A program made the position numbers and the translations under genes. The notes under the pieces are model-generated. The model worked only from the letters and a program-made list of their open reading frames with translations, ran no database searches and was not told where the DNA came from. A stretch of 64,000 nt of DNA, from positions 775-64,774 of the forward strand of contig SBHG01000147.1 of NCBI GenBank assembly GCA_006226305.1. Direction: 5' to 3'. Origin of the DNA: Alphaproteobacteria bacterium. GTDB taxonomy: Bacteria; Pseudomonadota; Alphaproteobacteria; M2410. This document shows, in pieces, positions 30,540 through 41,576 of the stretch; the stretch's first letter is position 1, and each line of letters begins with the position of its first letter.

Positions 30540-32405
30540 ATGGACGCCATCCTCGCCACCCCCTTTCAGATGTGGATGACCTTCGGGATCATCTTTACCG
30601 CTGTTGTTATCTATTCCATCGACCGCTGGTCGCTAGAAATCGTTTCGACGGCCACGCTTTTGGCGCTCCTCTTGTTCTTTCAATTCTTCGAGGTCCTTGA
30701 TCCAAACACCGGCAGCAATTTGCTTTCTGCGGAGGTCCTGCTGTCAGGGTTCGCAAATCCGGCCCTCATCTCCATCATTGCCCTGCTCATAGTCGGCCAA
30801 GGGATGTATCAGGCCGGCGCGCTGGAAGGGCCGACCCGTCGCCTCACCCAGCTCACAGGCAATCGGCCCTGGGTAACAATAATCCTAATATTGCTGGTTA
30901 TCGCCGTGGTCAGCGCCTTTTTGAACAACACACCCGTTGCGGTGATGTTCATCCCAATTCTCAGCGCCATTGCCGCGCGCGCCGAGATCCCGGTCTCAAA
31001 GGTCATGATCCCCTTGAGCTTCATGTGCATCCTTGGTGGCATGACCACCCTGATCGGCTCGTCCACCAACTTGCTCGTTGCACAAAGCGCCCTCTTGTCG
31101 GCAGTCGATGGCGCTCAGCGCGCCGAACTCAATATCAGTTTCTTTGATTTTACTGTGCCGGGTCTGGTGCTTGCCGGTGTTGGCGCCATTTACGTTCTCT
31201 ATATTTTGCCGCGCATTCTGCCGCAGCGCCAATCGCTCTCTGGAGAACTTGTCGGCTCTTCCGGCAAGCAATATATCGCGCAGATCGACATCACGCCCGG
31301 GCACCCTCTAATTGGTGTTAAATCCACCGCTGGCTTGTTCCCCGAACTTAAAAACATGACCGTGCGCATGGTCCAGCGCCGAGAAGACGCAATCCTGCCA
31401 CCCTTTGAGGATGTTGAGCTTCAATTGGGCGACGTTGTCATCGTTGCCGCCACCCGCAAAACCCTGACCGAAATCCTGGCTTCAAAGGAAAACATCCTCA
31501 GCGGCATGATCGACGCGCAAGAGGCGCCACGAGGACGCGGCGGGCAAAACCTTAGCCTGATCGAATGTGTGGTGGCGCCGGGCTCGCGCATGATTGGCCG
31601 CGACATCCAGCAAATCGGCTTTCGATACCAGACCGGCTGTATTGTCCTGGGCATTCAGCGCCGCAGCCGCATGATCCGCGGACGCATGAAAGATATTCGT
31701 CTTGAAGCTGGCGACGTTCTGCTGATTTTTGGAACCCGCAAGAACATCATCGGCCTGCGCGCCAATCGGGATATTTTGCCCCTGGAATGGTCCGCCGAAG
31801 AGGTTCCCGATATCACCTTCGCTTTCCGTGCGCGCACCATATTTGGCGGCGTCATTTTGGCGGCCGCTTCCGGCTTGCTACCCATTGTCGTCGCCGCTCT
31901 CTTGGGCGCGGTCGCCATGATTGCCTCTGGATGTCTCAATATCCGTCAGGCCTCGCGCGCCTTTGATCGGCGTATCTATCTCCTCGTTGGCGCGGCACTC
32001 GCCATGGGCACCTCACTGGAAGTTACCGGCGGCGCGACCTATCTCGCCCATAGTTTGGTTTTCATCTCGACCTTTGCCGGCACGACCGCACTGTTGTCAG
32101 CATTTTTCCTGTTGGTGGCCTTGATGACCAACGTCCTGTCCAACAACGCCACCGCGGTGCTTTTTACGCCCATTGCCGTCAGCCTCGCCGCCGAGACCGG
32201 TGCCGATCCGCGTGCCTTTGTCTTCGCGGTGATATTTGCGGCCAATTGTTCCTTTGCCACGCCTATGTCCTATCAGACTAACCTTTTGGTCATGGGTCCG
32301 GGTCATTATCAATTTGTCGACTTCGTCAAAGCCGGAACACCGCTGATCATCATTATCTGGCTCACCTTTACCTTCTTTGCACCCTTCTATTTCAGCGGTT
32401 TCTGA
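30540..32405 (+). CDS. SLC13/DASS-type anion permease with two central TrkA-C (RCK-C) domains
   Basis: Polytopic halves flank two repeats of the type L.GD...V.G....I (LQLGDVVIVAATRK; LEAGDVLLIFGTRK). Confidence 0.8.
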   Translation: MDAILATPFQMWMTFGIIFTAVVIYSIDRWSLEIVSTATLLALLLFFQFFEVLDPNTGSNLLSAEVLLSGFANPALISIIALLIVGQGMYQAGALEGPTRRLTQLTGNRPWVTIILILLVIAVVSAFLNNTPVAVMFIPILSAIAARAEIPVSKVMIPLSFMCILGGMTTLIGSSTNLLVAQSALLSAVDGAQRAELNISFFDFTVPGLVLAGVGAIYVLYILPRILPQRQSLSGELVGSSGKQYIAQIDITPGHPLIGVKSTAGLFPELKNMTVRMVQRREDAILPPFEDVELQLGDVVIVAATRKTLTEILASKENILSGMIDAQEAPRGRGGQNLSLIECVVAPGSRMIGRDIQQIGFRYQTGCIVLGIQRRSRMIRGRMKDIRLEAGDVLLIFGTRKNIIGLRANRDILPLEWSAEEVPDITFAFRARTIFGGVILAAASGLLPIVVAALLGAVAMIASGCLNIRQASRAFDRRIYLLVGAALAMGTSLEVTGGATYLAHSLVFISTFAGTTALLSAFFLLVALMTNVLSNNATAVLFTPIAVSLAAETGADPRAFVFAVIFAANCSFATPMSYQTNLLVMGPGHYQFVDFVKAGTPLIIIIWLTFTFFAPFYFSGF

Positions 32406-32469
32406 CCCTTTGCGCGCGGGCGCAGATTCCGCTAAACTAAACCTGTGATAAAGGGAGCAGGACAAAGGA

Positions 32470-33222
32470 ATGACCAATCAGTCATCACGCTATATTCCGC
32501 AATTTTATGTCACCGCACCGACACCCTGCCCTTATCTGGAAGGGCGCCAGGAACGGAAGATCTTCACGTCGCTAGCGGGCCCCCTGGCTGAAACCCTTCA
32601 TTCAGAACTGATCAGAGATGGCTTTCGCCGCTCCCAAAGCATCGCTTACAAACCGGCTTGCGAAGAATGTTTTGCCTGCGTCTCCGTCCGCATCCCTGTC
32701 GATAGCTTTATCCCCTCGCGTTCGCAGCGACGCATCATCAACGCTAACCGCGATCTCATGACCCTGGAACGGGCGCCCCTTGCTACCGAGGATCAGTTTG
32801 CCCTTTTAAGGACTTACATTGACAATCGGCATGCCGAGGGCGGCATGGCTGACATGAGCTATCTTGACTACCAAGGCATGGTGCAGGACAGCCCCATTAC
32901 GACCAAGATCTTCGAATATCGCATTGGCACCAAGATCCATGACCGGGGACCAACCCTGGCAATTGGCCTCACCGACGTCCTCGATGACGGACTGTCCATG
33001 GTCTACTCCTTTTTTGACCCCGCCGAGAGCCCCCGGTCCCTCGGCACCTATATGATTCTGGATCACATCCGCCTCGCCCGACAAAAAGGTCTGCCTTTTC
33101 TTTATCTGGGGTATTGGATCGAAGGGTGCGACAAGATGAACTACAAATCCAAGTTCAAGCCCCTGGAATACCTCAAAGGCGGCACCTGGGCCTCCGCGCA
33201 AGAGCACGCCCTTAAGACCTAG
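32470..33222 (+). CDS. bpt: arginyl/leucyl-tRNA--protein transferase Bpt (ATE family)
   Basis: FYVTAPTPCPYLEGRQERKIFT...GFRRSQSIAYKPACEECFACVSVRIPV...YLGYWI. Confidence 0.9.
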   Translation: MTNQSSRYIPQFYVTAPTPCPYLEGRQERKIFTSLAGPLAETLHSELIRDGFRRSQSIAYKPACEECFACVSVRIPVDSFIPSRSQRRIINANRDLMTLERAPLATEDQFALLRTYIDNRHAEGGMADMSYLDYQGMVQDSPITTKIFEYRIGTKIHDRGPTLAIGLTDVLDDGLSMVYSFFDPAESPRSLGTYMILDHIRLARQKGLPFLYLGYWIEGCDKMNYKSKFKPLEYLKGGTWASAQEHALKT

Positions 33223-33309
33223 GGCATCTTTGCCTTCTTCTTTGCCCACTGGAGACAAGCCCCTATACTGGCACCGAAATGGATTCGGGATCAGGGGAGA
33301 CCAAGCCAC

Positions 33310-34470
33310 ATGGATCGCAGAAAAGTTCTGTCAGGTGCCGGCCTATTGGCCACAGCTGGCGTGACCGGCGCCGCCCTCGTTGGCCTCAGCCAGACACGTT
33401 CAAAACCCGGCGCGAATAATGCGGGCAATGCCAGCGATACCCTTGCCAGTCCCGCCATCGTTACCGGCAAACGAACACTTAAACTTGTCACCACATGGCC
33501 AAAAAACTTCCCCGGCCTCGGCATGACACCCGAACGCATCGCCGAACGCGTTACTCAGATGACTGACGGGACTCTAACGGTCAAAGTTCTGGCGGCGGGC
33601 GAATTCGTCGGCGCTTTTGAAGCTTTCGATGCGGTTTCCACAGGTGCCGCGGACATGTATCACGGCGCGGAATACTATTGGCAGGGCAAGTCAAAGGCCT
33701 TCAACTTCTTCACAACCGTTCCATTTGGCATGACGACCCTGGAACACCAGGCCTGGGTCAATTTCGGCGGCGGACAGGCCTTGTGGGACGAACTATCCGG
33801 ACAGTTTAACATCCGCGCCTTTATGTCCGGCAACACGGGCAATCAGATGGGTGGCTGGTTCAACAAGGAGATCAACACTCTTGAGGACTTTAAGGGCCTC
33901 AAGATGCGCATGCCGGGCCTAGGTGGCGAGGTCCTGCGCCGTATGGGTGCCTCTGCCATCGCCTTGCCGGGCGGTGAGATTTATTCAAGCCTTCAATCCG
34001 GCGCGATCGACGCGACAGAATGGGTCGGACCCTGGAACGACCTTGCTTTCGGGTTCTACGAAATCACCAAATATTATTATTACCCGGGTTTTCACGAACC
34101 GGGCGCACAGCTCGCCTTTGGCATCAACCTCGACGTCTGGAACAGCCTGACCCAGCAACAGCAAGTCATCGTGCAACAGGCCTGCGCCGCGGAGAACAAT
34201 TGGAGTGCTTCTGAATTCAAATATCAGGACACCAAAGCCCTTAAGACCCTTATTGAAGATCACGGCGTTCAGATGCGCACTTTCTCTGACGAGATCTTGA
34301 TGGAGATGGAGCGTCAATCATCCCTCGTCGTGAAGGAAACCGGTGAAGGTGATGAACTGAGCCGGCGCATTTACGAAAGTTATATTGCAGCTCGTCGCAG
34401 CGGTATGGAAATTGCCGCCTATAATTACGAACCCTATTTGCGCGCCCGACGCCTGCGAAATAACTTTTAA
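33310..34470 (+). CDS. TRAP transporter substrate-binding protein (Tat-type signal)
   Basis: MDRRKVLSGAGLLATAG is a twin-arginine leader, followed by a DctP-like body. Sits upstream of the Q and M subunits. Confidence 0.88.
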   Translation: MDRRKVLSGAGLLATAGVTGAALVGLSQTRSKPGANNAGNASDTLASPAIVTGKRTLKLVTTWPKNFPGLGMTPERIAERVTQMTDGTLTVKVLAAGEFVGAFEAFDAVSTGAADMYHGAEYYWQGKSKAFNFFTTVPFGMTTLEHQAWVNFGGGQALWDELSGQFNIRAFMSGNTGNQMGGWFNKEINTLEDFKGLKMRMPGLGGEVLRRMGASAIALPGGEIYSSLQSGAIDATEWVGPWNDLAFGFYEITKYYYYPGFHEPGAQLAFGINLDVWNSLTQQQQVIVQQACAAENNWSASEFKYQDTKALKTLIEDHGVQMRTFSDEILMEMERQSSLVVKETGEGDELSRRIYESYIAARRSGMEIAAYNYEPYLRARRLRNNF

Positions 34471-34482
34471 AGGCGCAGGCTC

Positions 34483-35163
34483 ATGACCGCCCTCATGCCC
34501 TACATCGATGTGCTGCTTTACGCCCTGATCGCCTTACCGCCATTGGCGTTAGCACTCGGGGCTCTGTCAATCAAGCATGACAGCGCCGCCGTTTCCCTGT
34601 TAACCGGAGTAAGGGCTGTTCTTCAAAGCTTGCTGAACATGATTGGGCGCGCCACGGCCTGGCTCAGCTTAATCATGGTTCTGGTCATGTTTACCATTGT
34701 TTTGATGCGTTATGTTTTTGGCATCAGTTTCATCTGGCTGCAGGAAAGCATCACCTACATGCATGGCCTCCTGTTCATGCTCGCCTCCGCCTATACGCTC
34801 TCAATTGATGGCCATGTCCGTGTCGACATTTTTTATCGAGAGGCCTCAGAACACAAAAAGGCCATCACCAATCTGCTTGGCATCTACTTACTGCTCTTTC
34901 CTTTCATGTTTTTGATCGTCGATATGGCGCTGCCCTATGTGCAGACAGCCTGGGAAGTTCGAGAAGGCTCGAAAGAAACCAGTGGCATACAAGCAATTTA
35001 TCTTCTGAAAACAGTAATACTCGCCTTTGCCTGGACCATGATCCTGCAAGGCATATCTCTTGCCTGCTCCGCCGCCCTCTATCTTCTCGGCGCCGCTGAG
35101 TCTCAAAACCCCTTTGCAGAAGATGAAAGCATCCAAAGCGAGAGAGCGAGCGACAATGGCTGA
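34483..35163 (+). CDS. TRAP transporter small permease (DctQ-like)
   Basis: Four-TM protein between the P and M components. 8-nt overlap with the M start. Confidence 0.8.
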   Translation: MTALMPYIDVLLYALIALPPLALALGALSIKHDSAAVSLLTGVRAVLQSLLNMIGRATAWLSLIMVLVMFTIVLMRYVFGISFIWLQESITYMHGLLFMLASAYTLSIDGHVRVDIFYREASEHKKAITNLLGIYLLLFPFMFLIVDMALPYVQTAWEVREGSKETSGIQAIYLLKTVILAFAWTMILQGISLACSAALYLLGAAESQNPFAEDESIQSERASDNG

Positions 35164-36733
35164 ACATCTCGATCTTCTTCTTTTTGCGGTCGCCTGCCTT
35201 CTTCTCCTGCGCGGCTTTCCTGTGGCTCTGACCCTGGGCGGTACCGCTCTCATCTTTGCGTTAATTGGTAATGTATTGGGCGTCTTCGACGTCGCCTATC
35301 TGGTTGCTCTGCCACAGCGCATCTTCGGAACCATGACGAATGAGGTCCTCATCGCTGTTCCCCTCTTTATTTTCATGGGTTCCATGCTCGAACGTTCAAA
35401 AGTGGCCGAAGAGCTCCTCAGTGCCATGGGGCTCCTGTTTGGCAAACTCCACGGCGGACTTGGTATCTCGGTTTGTGTCGTTGGCGCCCTCTTGGCCGCC
35501 TCGACAGGCATTGTCGGCGCCACGGTGGTCACCATGGGCCTTCTCTCGCTGCCCACCATGCTGCATCAGGGTTACAACAAACGCCTTGCGACCGGGGTTA
35601 TTGCCGCTTCCGGCACCTTGGGACAGATTATCCCACCCTCCATCGTTCTCATTCTTCTTGGCGATGTCATTTCATCAGCATATCAGAAGGCCCAACTCGA
35701 TCAGGGTGTCCTGTCGCCTGATACGGTTTCCGTGGGCGATATGTTTGCTGGCGCCCTTGTGCCCGGGCTCATTCTTGTGGGTCTCTACATCATATATGTG
35801 GCGCTCTTTGCGTTCTTCTCACCAAAATCGGCGCCAGCCGTAAGCCGCAACGAAGACCAAGCCACCCGTGACTTGATGCGCGATATTGCCCGGGCTCTGG
35901 TGCCTCCCCTCGGCCTCATCATCGCTGTTCTTGGGTCAATCCTCGGCGGCATCGCCACACCAACAGAAGCAGCCGCCGTGGGCGCCATCGGCGCCATACT
36001 CCTTGCCGGCGCCCGCCTCGATCACGCCTCCAAATCCCTGTGGACCGGCAATATCGCCATTACCCTCACCACCCTCAGCCTAATCGCCCTTCTCGGCCTC
36101 TCACAAACCACAGACCTGCGGCTTGGCCTTGAAGACGCCACTTTACATCCCGCCCACTACGTCGCCTTTGTCCTAATCGGCATCACCGTCTGGGGGTTGG
36201 GTCTTAGCCTTTGGCGCATTGATCGAAATGGCATCCTGAAAGACGTGGTCCATAGCACGACGCGCATTACCGCCATGGTCTTCGTCATCTTGATCGGCGC
36301 CGCGCTTTTCAGCCTAGTTTTCAGGGGCCTTGGCGGCGACGACAAAGTTCATGCGCTTTTGACCAACCTGCCAGGCGGTATCTTTGGCGCCGTGCTGGTC
36401 GTCATGCTGATTATGTTCCTGCTGGGCTTTTTCCTCGACTTTATCGAGATCACTTTCGTCGTCGTTCCCATTGTCGCGCCCATCCTGCTTATGATGGGGC
36501 TTGATCCCATCTGGCTCGGGATCATGATGGCAATCAACCTGCAGACATCTTTCCTGACCCCGCCCTTCGGCTTTGCGCTTTTTTATCTACGCGGTGTCGC
36601 GCCACCCGAGATTCGCACGAGCGAGATTTATCGAGGAGCCATCCCCTTCGTTCTCATTCAGATTGTTATGCTGATATTATTGGCGCTCTATCCAGGCATT
36701 GCCACATGGCTTCCAAGCCAGATCTTCAATTAG
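35156..36733 (+). CDS. TRAP transporter large permease (DctM-like)
   Basis: Polytopic DctM-like translation. ATG at 35156 (MAEHLDLLLFAV...) rather than the track's 35060. Confidence 0.88.
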   Translation: MAEHLDLLLFAVACLLLLRGFPVALTLGGTALIFALIGNVLGVFDVAYLVALPQRIFGTMTNEVLIAVPLFIFMGSMLERSKVAEELLSAMGLLFGKLHGGLGISVCVVGALLAASTGIVGATVVTMGLLSLPTMLHQGYNKRLATGVIAASGTLGQIIPPSIVLILLGDVISSAYQKAQLDQGVLSPDTVSVGDMFAGALVPGLILVGLYIIYVALFAFFSPKSAPAVSRNEDQATRDLMRDIARALVPPLGLIIAVLGSILGGIATPTEAAAVGAIGAILLAGARLDHASKSLWTGNIAITLTTLSLIALLGLSQTTDLRLGLEDATLHPAHYVAFVLIGITVWGLGLSLWRIDRNGILKDVVHSTTRITAMVFVILIGAALFSLVFRGLGGDDKVHALLTNLPGGIFGAVLVVMLIMFLLGFFLDFIEITFVVVPIVAPILLMMGLDPIWLGIMMAINLQTSFLTPPFGFALFYLRGVAPPEIRTSEIYRGAIPFVLIQIVMLILLALYPGIATWLPSQIFN

Positions 36734-37586
36734 CCGAGTATCCTTCAACGGAAGGTACCCTTAGCTCCAAAATCTCATTCATGGGCGTTGACACCAGGCT
36801 CTCATAGCCAACCGAACGAAACAGAGTGTCGAGCGGCGCCCAATGTTCTGGGCTCCCTCGTTCAATAATGACATGCGTCGGGAAAAGATCCGCCCGACCC
36901 GACCGAAAAAACGGCTCTAGCGCCGCCATCTCATGACCCTCAACATCGATTTTGATCATGTCAACATGCCCCACACCATGCTCATCCAAAAGCAAGGTCA
37001 GCGGTTTGCCTTCGACCCTGATGACAGGGCCGTCACGTGCCTCACCCTCACTGATCACACGCCCTTCACCGAGATTGCGCTCCGGTTCCAAAAAGGAGAC
37101 CTCGCCCTCTGAGGACGTCACAGCGACCTGCAGAGGCAGGATGTTCGCAACGTCCTCGTTCTGATTGAACATGACATTTGTACTGAGCCGGACAAAAACC
37201 GATGGATTAGGCTCAAAAGCCAAAACGGTTCCAGAAGGTCCAGCCGCCCCGGCCGCAACAATGGAAAACAGACCCACATTAGCGCCGATATCAAGAAAAA
37301 CGCCGCCTGACCCGAGCGAGCTTGAGATAAAATCAAGCTCAATAGGATCGAACCGCGCCGGATTGAGCAACGCCCGCTTCTCCGCCGTATTTCCGTTCGG
37401 GAAAAACCGCGCCCGCCCGCCTCGAAATTCGTAATCAACCGGGCGGTCTTTAATCAAATCCAACGCGCGGCGGCGGCAATAGGAAGACGGATACTTCAAT
37501 CCCGGCTTAAAGGACCACAAGCGCGCCTTTTCGATCAGCCGTGTCAGCTTCTTGTCCGGCGCATGGGTTCCAAAGGGCGCCACCAT
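36726..37586 (-). CDS. FkbM-family methyltransferase
   Basis: FLDIGANVGLFSI...AFEPNP...MIKIDVEGHE. The start ATG overlaps the parC stop (ATGA). Confidence 0.82.
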   Translation of the reverse strand: MVAPFGTHAPDKKLTRLIEKARLWSFKPGLKYPSSYCRRRALDLIKDRPVDYEFRGGRARFFPNGNTAEKRALLNPARFDPIELDFISSSLGSGGVFLDIGANVGLFSIVAAGAAGPSGTVLAFEPNPSVFVRLSTNVMFNQNEDVANILPLQVAVTSSEGEVSFLEPERNLGEGRVISEGEARDGPVIRVEGKPLTLLLDEHGVGHVDMIKIDVEGHEMAALEPFFRSGRADLFPTHVIIERGSPEHWAPLDTLFRSVGYESLVSTPMNEILELRVPSVEGYSAN

Positions 37587-39817
37587 CAGGGGTTCAGTTT
37601 CTTTTGTTTGGGAAATCCGCGCGGCGGCAAACGCCCGGCATTACCGCGCTTGCCTTCCCAGTCCCGAAGGTCGGTATAGGTATGCATTCGGCCAGAGCGG
37701 TCCGGCACAATCAAACCGTCCTTACCATGATAGGTCGTCACATCAGACAGGCCGCCATCCTTGTAGCGTTGTAGAACCACCCCGCGCCCACGAGACATGG
37801 TCGGCAGCTCATCCAGGCTGAACAGCAGAAGTTTGTTATTCTCGCCAATGACCGCCACCTTGTCCCCGTCGACAACTGTACAGGCCTGCGCTTCCACAGC
37901 CCCTTTGACGTTAAGCACCACTTTCCCCTTGCGCGTATTAGCCACAACATCACTTTCCGGCACGAGGAAACCATGCCCCGAAGTCGCGGCCACCAACAAA
38001 GTCCGCTCGCCCTTAAACACCATCATACTGACGATATCCTGATCATTCTCCAGATCGATGATCAAACGGATGGGCTCACCATTTCCCCGGCCACCGGGAA
38101 GCTTGTCAGCCCCAATCGTGTAAAAGCGTCCATTCGTGCAGAAAACAAGGATCTTGTCGTGCGTGTCGGCATGGAAGCGGAACCGCTCCCGGTCCCCTTC
38201 CTTGTATTTCACCTCGGTGGCCGCATCCACATGCCCCTTCATGGCGCGGATCCAGCCCTTTTCGGAGCAGATCACCGTAACCGGCTCTCTTTCCACCAGG
38301 GCCTCAAGGGCCTCGCCCACATCGATGGTTGGCGCTTCGGCAAAATCTGTCCGCCGACGGCCAAGCTCCGTCTTTTGGCCAAACCGCACCTTGATATCCT
38401 TAAACTCAGCACCCAGCGCCTTGTCCTGCAAATCGACAGATTTCAGAAGCTTCTTCAGATCTGCCTTTTCCTTTTTGAGCTCTTTGTCTTCCGTTCTAAG
38501 CTCCATCTCCTCAAGCTTGCGCAGACTTCTCAGGCGCATATTAAGGATCGCCTCAGCCTGCACATCCGTCAGCTTGAAGGCCTTCATCAGCTCTTCCTTG
38601 GGCTCATCCTCTTCCCGGATGATGCGGATCACTTCGTCCAGATTGAGATAGGCGATCAGATAGCCCGCCAACACCTCAAGCCGCCTCTCGATCTTGTCGA
38701 GACGGAAATTAGAACGCCGGATCAATACGTCCCGTCGATGGTCAATAAAGGCTTGAAGGATTTCCTTCAGGTTCATCACTCGCGGTATTTGATCGGCATC
38801 CAAAACATTCATGTTGAGGGAAATCCGGTTCTCAAGCTCCGTCAGCTTGAAAAGGCTTTCCATCAAGATTTCCGGATCGACCGACCGGCTGCGCGGCACG
38901 AGCACCAGACGAATGTCCTCCGCCGATTCATCACGGACATCCTCCAGAAGCGGGACCTTCTTGGTTTGAATGAGTTCGGCGATCTTTTCAATCAGGCGCG
39001 ACTTCTGCACCTGATAGGGAATTTCGGTCACGACGATCTGCCACACCCCGCGCGGCAGCTCTTCCTTTTCCCATTTGGCCCGAACGCGGAAACCGCCACG
39101 ACCCGTTGTATAGGCCTCCAGAATAGACGCGGTGCTTTCAACAATAATTCCGCCGGTGGGCAGATCCGGCCCCGGCATAAACCCGACCAGCTTGGCAACG
39201 CCTGCGTTTGGTGTTTTGAGAAGATGCAACAAGGCATCACAGATTTCACCGGCATTGTGCGGCGGAATGCTGGTGGCCATGCCGACCGCAATACCTGCAG
39301 CACCGTTGGCCAAGAGATTGGGGAAGCCCCCAGGCAGAACAACAGGCTCTTTGTCTTCCCCGTCGTAAGTTTCGCGGAAATCCACTGTGTCGAGATCGAT
39401 AAACTCCAGCAGAGCTCCCGCCACTTCCGTCAAACGGCTTTCCGTGTAACGCATGGCCGCGGCGTTGTCGCCGTCGATATTGCCAAAGTTGCCCTGTCCA
39501 TCAATCAAGGGATAGCGAACCGCAAAGTCCTGCGCCAGGCGCACAAGGGCATCATAAACCGCCTGATCCCCATGAGGGTGGAAGCGACCAATGACATCCC
39601 CCACAACCCGGGCTGATTTCTTAAAGCTCGAATTGGCATCCAGCTTCAACTGCCGCATCGCATAGAGCAGCCGCCGGTGAACCGGTTTCAAACCATCCCT
39701 GACGTCCGGCAAGGCCCGGTTCATTATGGTGGACAGGGCATAGGACAGATAACGCTCGCCCAGCGCCTCGCCGAGGGGCTGGTGGGATATCTTGTTCATG
39801 TCGGAGGGTGCACTCAT
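37586..39817 (-). CDS. parC: DNA topoisomerase IV subunit A
   Basis: [32 protein letters not shown]...[24 protein letters not shown]; about 740 aa. Confidence 0.92.
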   Translation of the reverse strand: MSAPSDMNKISHQPLGEALGERYLSYALSTIMNRALPDVRDGLKPVHRRLLYAMRQLKLDANSSFKKSARVVGDVIGRFHPHGDQAVYDALVRLAQDFAVRYPLIDGQGNFGNIDGDNAAAMRYTESRLTEVAGALLEFIDLDTVDFRETYDGEDKEPVVLPGGFPNLLANGAAGIAVGMATSIPPHNAGEICDALLHLLKTPNAGVAKLVGFMPGPDLPTGGIIVESTASILEAYTTGRGGFRVRAKWEKEELPRGVWQIVVTEIPYQVQKSRLIEKIAELIQTKKVPLLEDVRDESAEDIRLVLVPRSRSVDPEILMESLFKLTELENRISLNMNVLDADQIPRVMNLKEILQAFIDHRRDVLIRRSNFRLDKIERRLEVLAGYLIAYLNLDEVIRIIREEDEPKEELMKAFKLTDVQAEAILNMRLRSLRKLEEMELRTEDKELKKEKADLKKLLKSVDLQDKALGAEFKDIKVRFGQKTELGRRRTDFAEAPTIDVGEALEALVEREPVTVICSEKGWIRAMKGHVDAATEVKYKEGDRERFRFHADTHDKILVFCTNGRFYTIGADKLPGGRGNGEPIRLIIDLENDQDIVSMMVFKGERTLLVAATSGHGFLVPESDVVANTRKGKVVLNVKGAVEAQACTVVDGDKVAVIGENNKLLLFSLDELPTMSRGRGVVLQRYKDGGLSDVTTYHGKDGLIVPDRSGRMHTYTDLRDWEGKRGNAGRLPPRGFPKQKKLNP

Positions 39818-39901
39818 GGGATAACTGTTCAGCTAAATGGGCTCAAAAATGGCAGAATCAAATGATGGTCAGCCTAGCAAATTTCGCAGCAAAACTCAGG
39901 C

Positions 39902-40636
39902 CTAGGCGGCCTCTCGCCGTAAAAGATCCTCAAGTCGATAGCGCGCTTCGGGTAAATCCAGCCCATGTGGCCTCAAAAGGCGCCGTTCAATGAAATATCC
40001 GGTCATTTTGAGGCCTTCCAATATGCCCTCCATACCGTCTGCCCCGCCAAGCCGGTCCTCCCGCAGAAACGCGGGGATGACGAACAACCGGTCTTTGTAA
40101 GGACCCGCCGCCCCTTCGCTCACCGCATTGCCCGACTTTGGGCTGAGATATTTCAGGTTATCGGTCACCCCTGTCGCTGCGCAATGGCTGAAATCAAGCC
40201 CAAAGCCAAGCTCTCGTAAAAGCCCGATCTCCCATTTCACGTATAGCGCCGACCAAACTGTCAGATCCTCCATGGCGCCCAGCACAATTTCAAAGGCATC
40301 ATAGAGCCTCTCATGGGCCTCCCGCTCAGGTAGACAAACCACGGTAAGCGCACACATCGCATTGAGGCCCGCCAAACACAGCCGGTCCGACATCAGCCCG
40401 GCGGCACGTGTTTTCACGGGCTCAAAGCTATAGGCACCCAAATGCTCTTCCAGCCGAGCCCGCCAATGTGCCGCCAATGTATTGCCCGGCTGCAGCATGG
40501 CCTTATGGCGCCGCGAGGTTCCGCCACGCACCAACCCGGCGTGGCGACCGTGCCGGCGCGTCAACAGTTCAACAATCAGGGACGTTTCGCCGTGCCGGCG
40601 CGTGGTGAGGACAATACCTTCATCCGACCAATCCAT
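39902..40636 (-). CDS. recO: DNA repair protein RecO
   Basis: MDWSDEGIVLTTRRHGETSLIVELLTRRHGRHAGLVRGG. Start at 40636, 1 nt after the era stop. Confidence 0.88.
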   Translation of the reverse strand: MDWSDEGIVLTTRRHGETSLIVELLTRRHGRHAGLVRGGTSRRHKAMLQPGNTLAAHWRARLEEHLGAYSFEPVKTRAAGLMSDRLCLAGLNAMCALTVVCLPEREAHERLYDAFEIVLGAMEDLTVWSALYVKWEIGLLRELGFGLDFSHCAATGVTDNLKYLSPKSGNAVSEGAAGPYKDRLFVIPAFLREDRLGGADGMEGILEGLKMTGYFIERRLLRPHGLDLPEARYRLEDLLRREAA

Positions 40637-40637
40637 A

Positions 40638-41576
40638 TCAGCTTGGGAACTCCAGCCCCAGCTCGCGGTAACGCTCTGGGTCATCGCCCCAGTTCTCGCG
40701 CACTTTGACAAAAAGGAAGAGATGCACCTTACGCCCAAAGCTATCCATCATCTCCTTGCGCGCTTCCGATCCTACTTCCTTGATGGTCTTGCCATTCTTA
40801 CCGAGCACCAAAGCCTTCTGGCCCTTACGCTGAACATAGACCACCTGTTCGATCCGCACAGAGCCATCCTTGAGCTCCTTCCACGTTTCCGTTTCCACGG
40901 TCAGCGCATAAGGCAGCTCATCATGAAGCCGCAGGGTCAGCTTTTCCCGAGTGATCTCCGCCGCCAGAAGACGCATGGACACATCTGCGATCTGATCCTC
41001 CGGATAAAGCCAGGGCCCTTCCGGTACATGGGCCGACAGATAATCCGCCAGATCTTTGACCCCACTGCCTTTCTCGGCAGAGATCATGAAGACCTCCTCA
41101 AAAGAAAACTGACCATTTAGGTCCTCAACAATCCTCAGAAGCGTCTCCGGTTTGATGAGATCTATCTTGTTCAGGGCCAAAACCGCTTTGCGCCCGCCTT
41201 CCTTCAGACCCTTGATGATCCGCGCCACATCTTCTGCCGATCGCGAGGCCTGACCACCTTTCTCCTTATCCCGATAGGCAGCAGCGTCAACAAGCAGGAC
41301 TATCACGTCTGCATCGCCCGCGCCGCCCCAGGCCGCTTCCACCATGGCCCGGTCAAGACGTCGCTTCGGCGCAAAAATGCCCGGCGTATCGACAAAGACC
41401 AATTGTGCATTGTTATGCACCGCAAGGCCGCGCACCCGCGTTCGGGTCGTCTGAACCTTATGCGTGACAATCGAGACCTTCGCCCCAACCAGCCGGTTGG
41501 TCAGCGTAGATTTGCCGGCATTCGGCGCCCCGATGATCGCGACGAACCCCGCGCGTGTCATTTCTGGTTCACTCAA
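40638..41576 (-). CDS. era: GTPase Era
   Basis: GFVAIIGAPNAGKSTL.N...VDTPG...NKIDL, plus a C-terminal KH domain. Confidence 0.94.
   Translation of the reverse strand: MSEPEMTRAGFVAIIGAPNAGKSTLTNRLVGAKVSIVTHKVQTTRTRVRGLAVHNNAQLVFVDTPGIFAPKRRLDRAMVEAAWGGAGDADVIVLLVDAAAYRDKEKGGQASRSAEDVARIIKGLKEGGRKAVLALNKIDLIKPETLLRIVEDLNGQFSFEEVFMISAEKGSGVKDLADYLSAHVPEGPWLYPEDQIADVSMRLLAAEITREKLTLRLHDELPYALTVETETWKELKDGSVRIEQVVYVQRKGQKALVLGKNGKTIKEVGSEARKEMMDSFGRKVHLFLFVKVRENWGDDPERYRELGLEFPS

Noticed and set aside
37973-39616. 547-aa + strand ORF, the longest unexplained ORF in the track
   Set aside because: It lies entirely antisense to parC, whose translation is unmistakable. Long stop-free antisense frames are expected in GC-rich genes with strong codon phase. 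The translation is R/H/L/Q-rich with no motifs.
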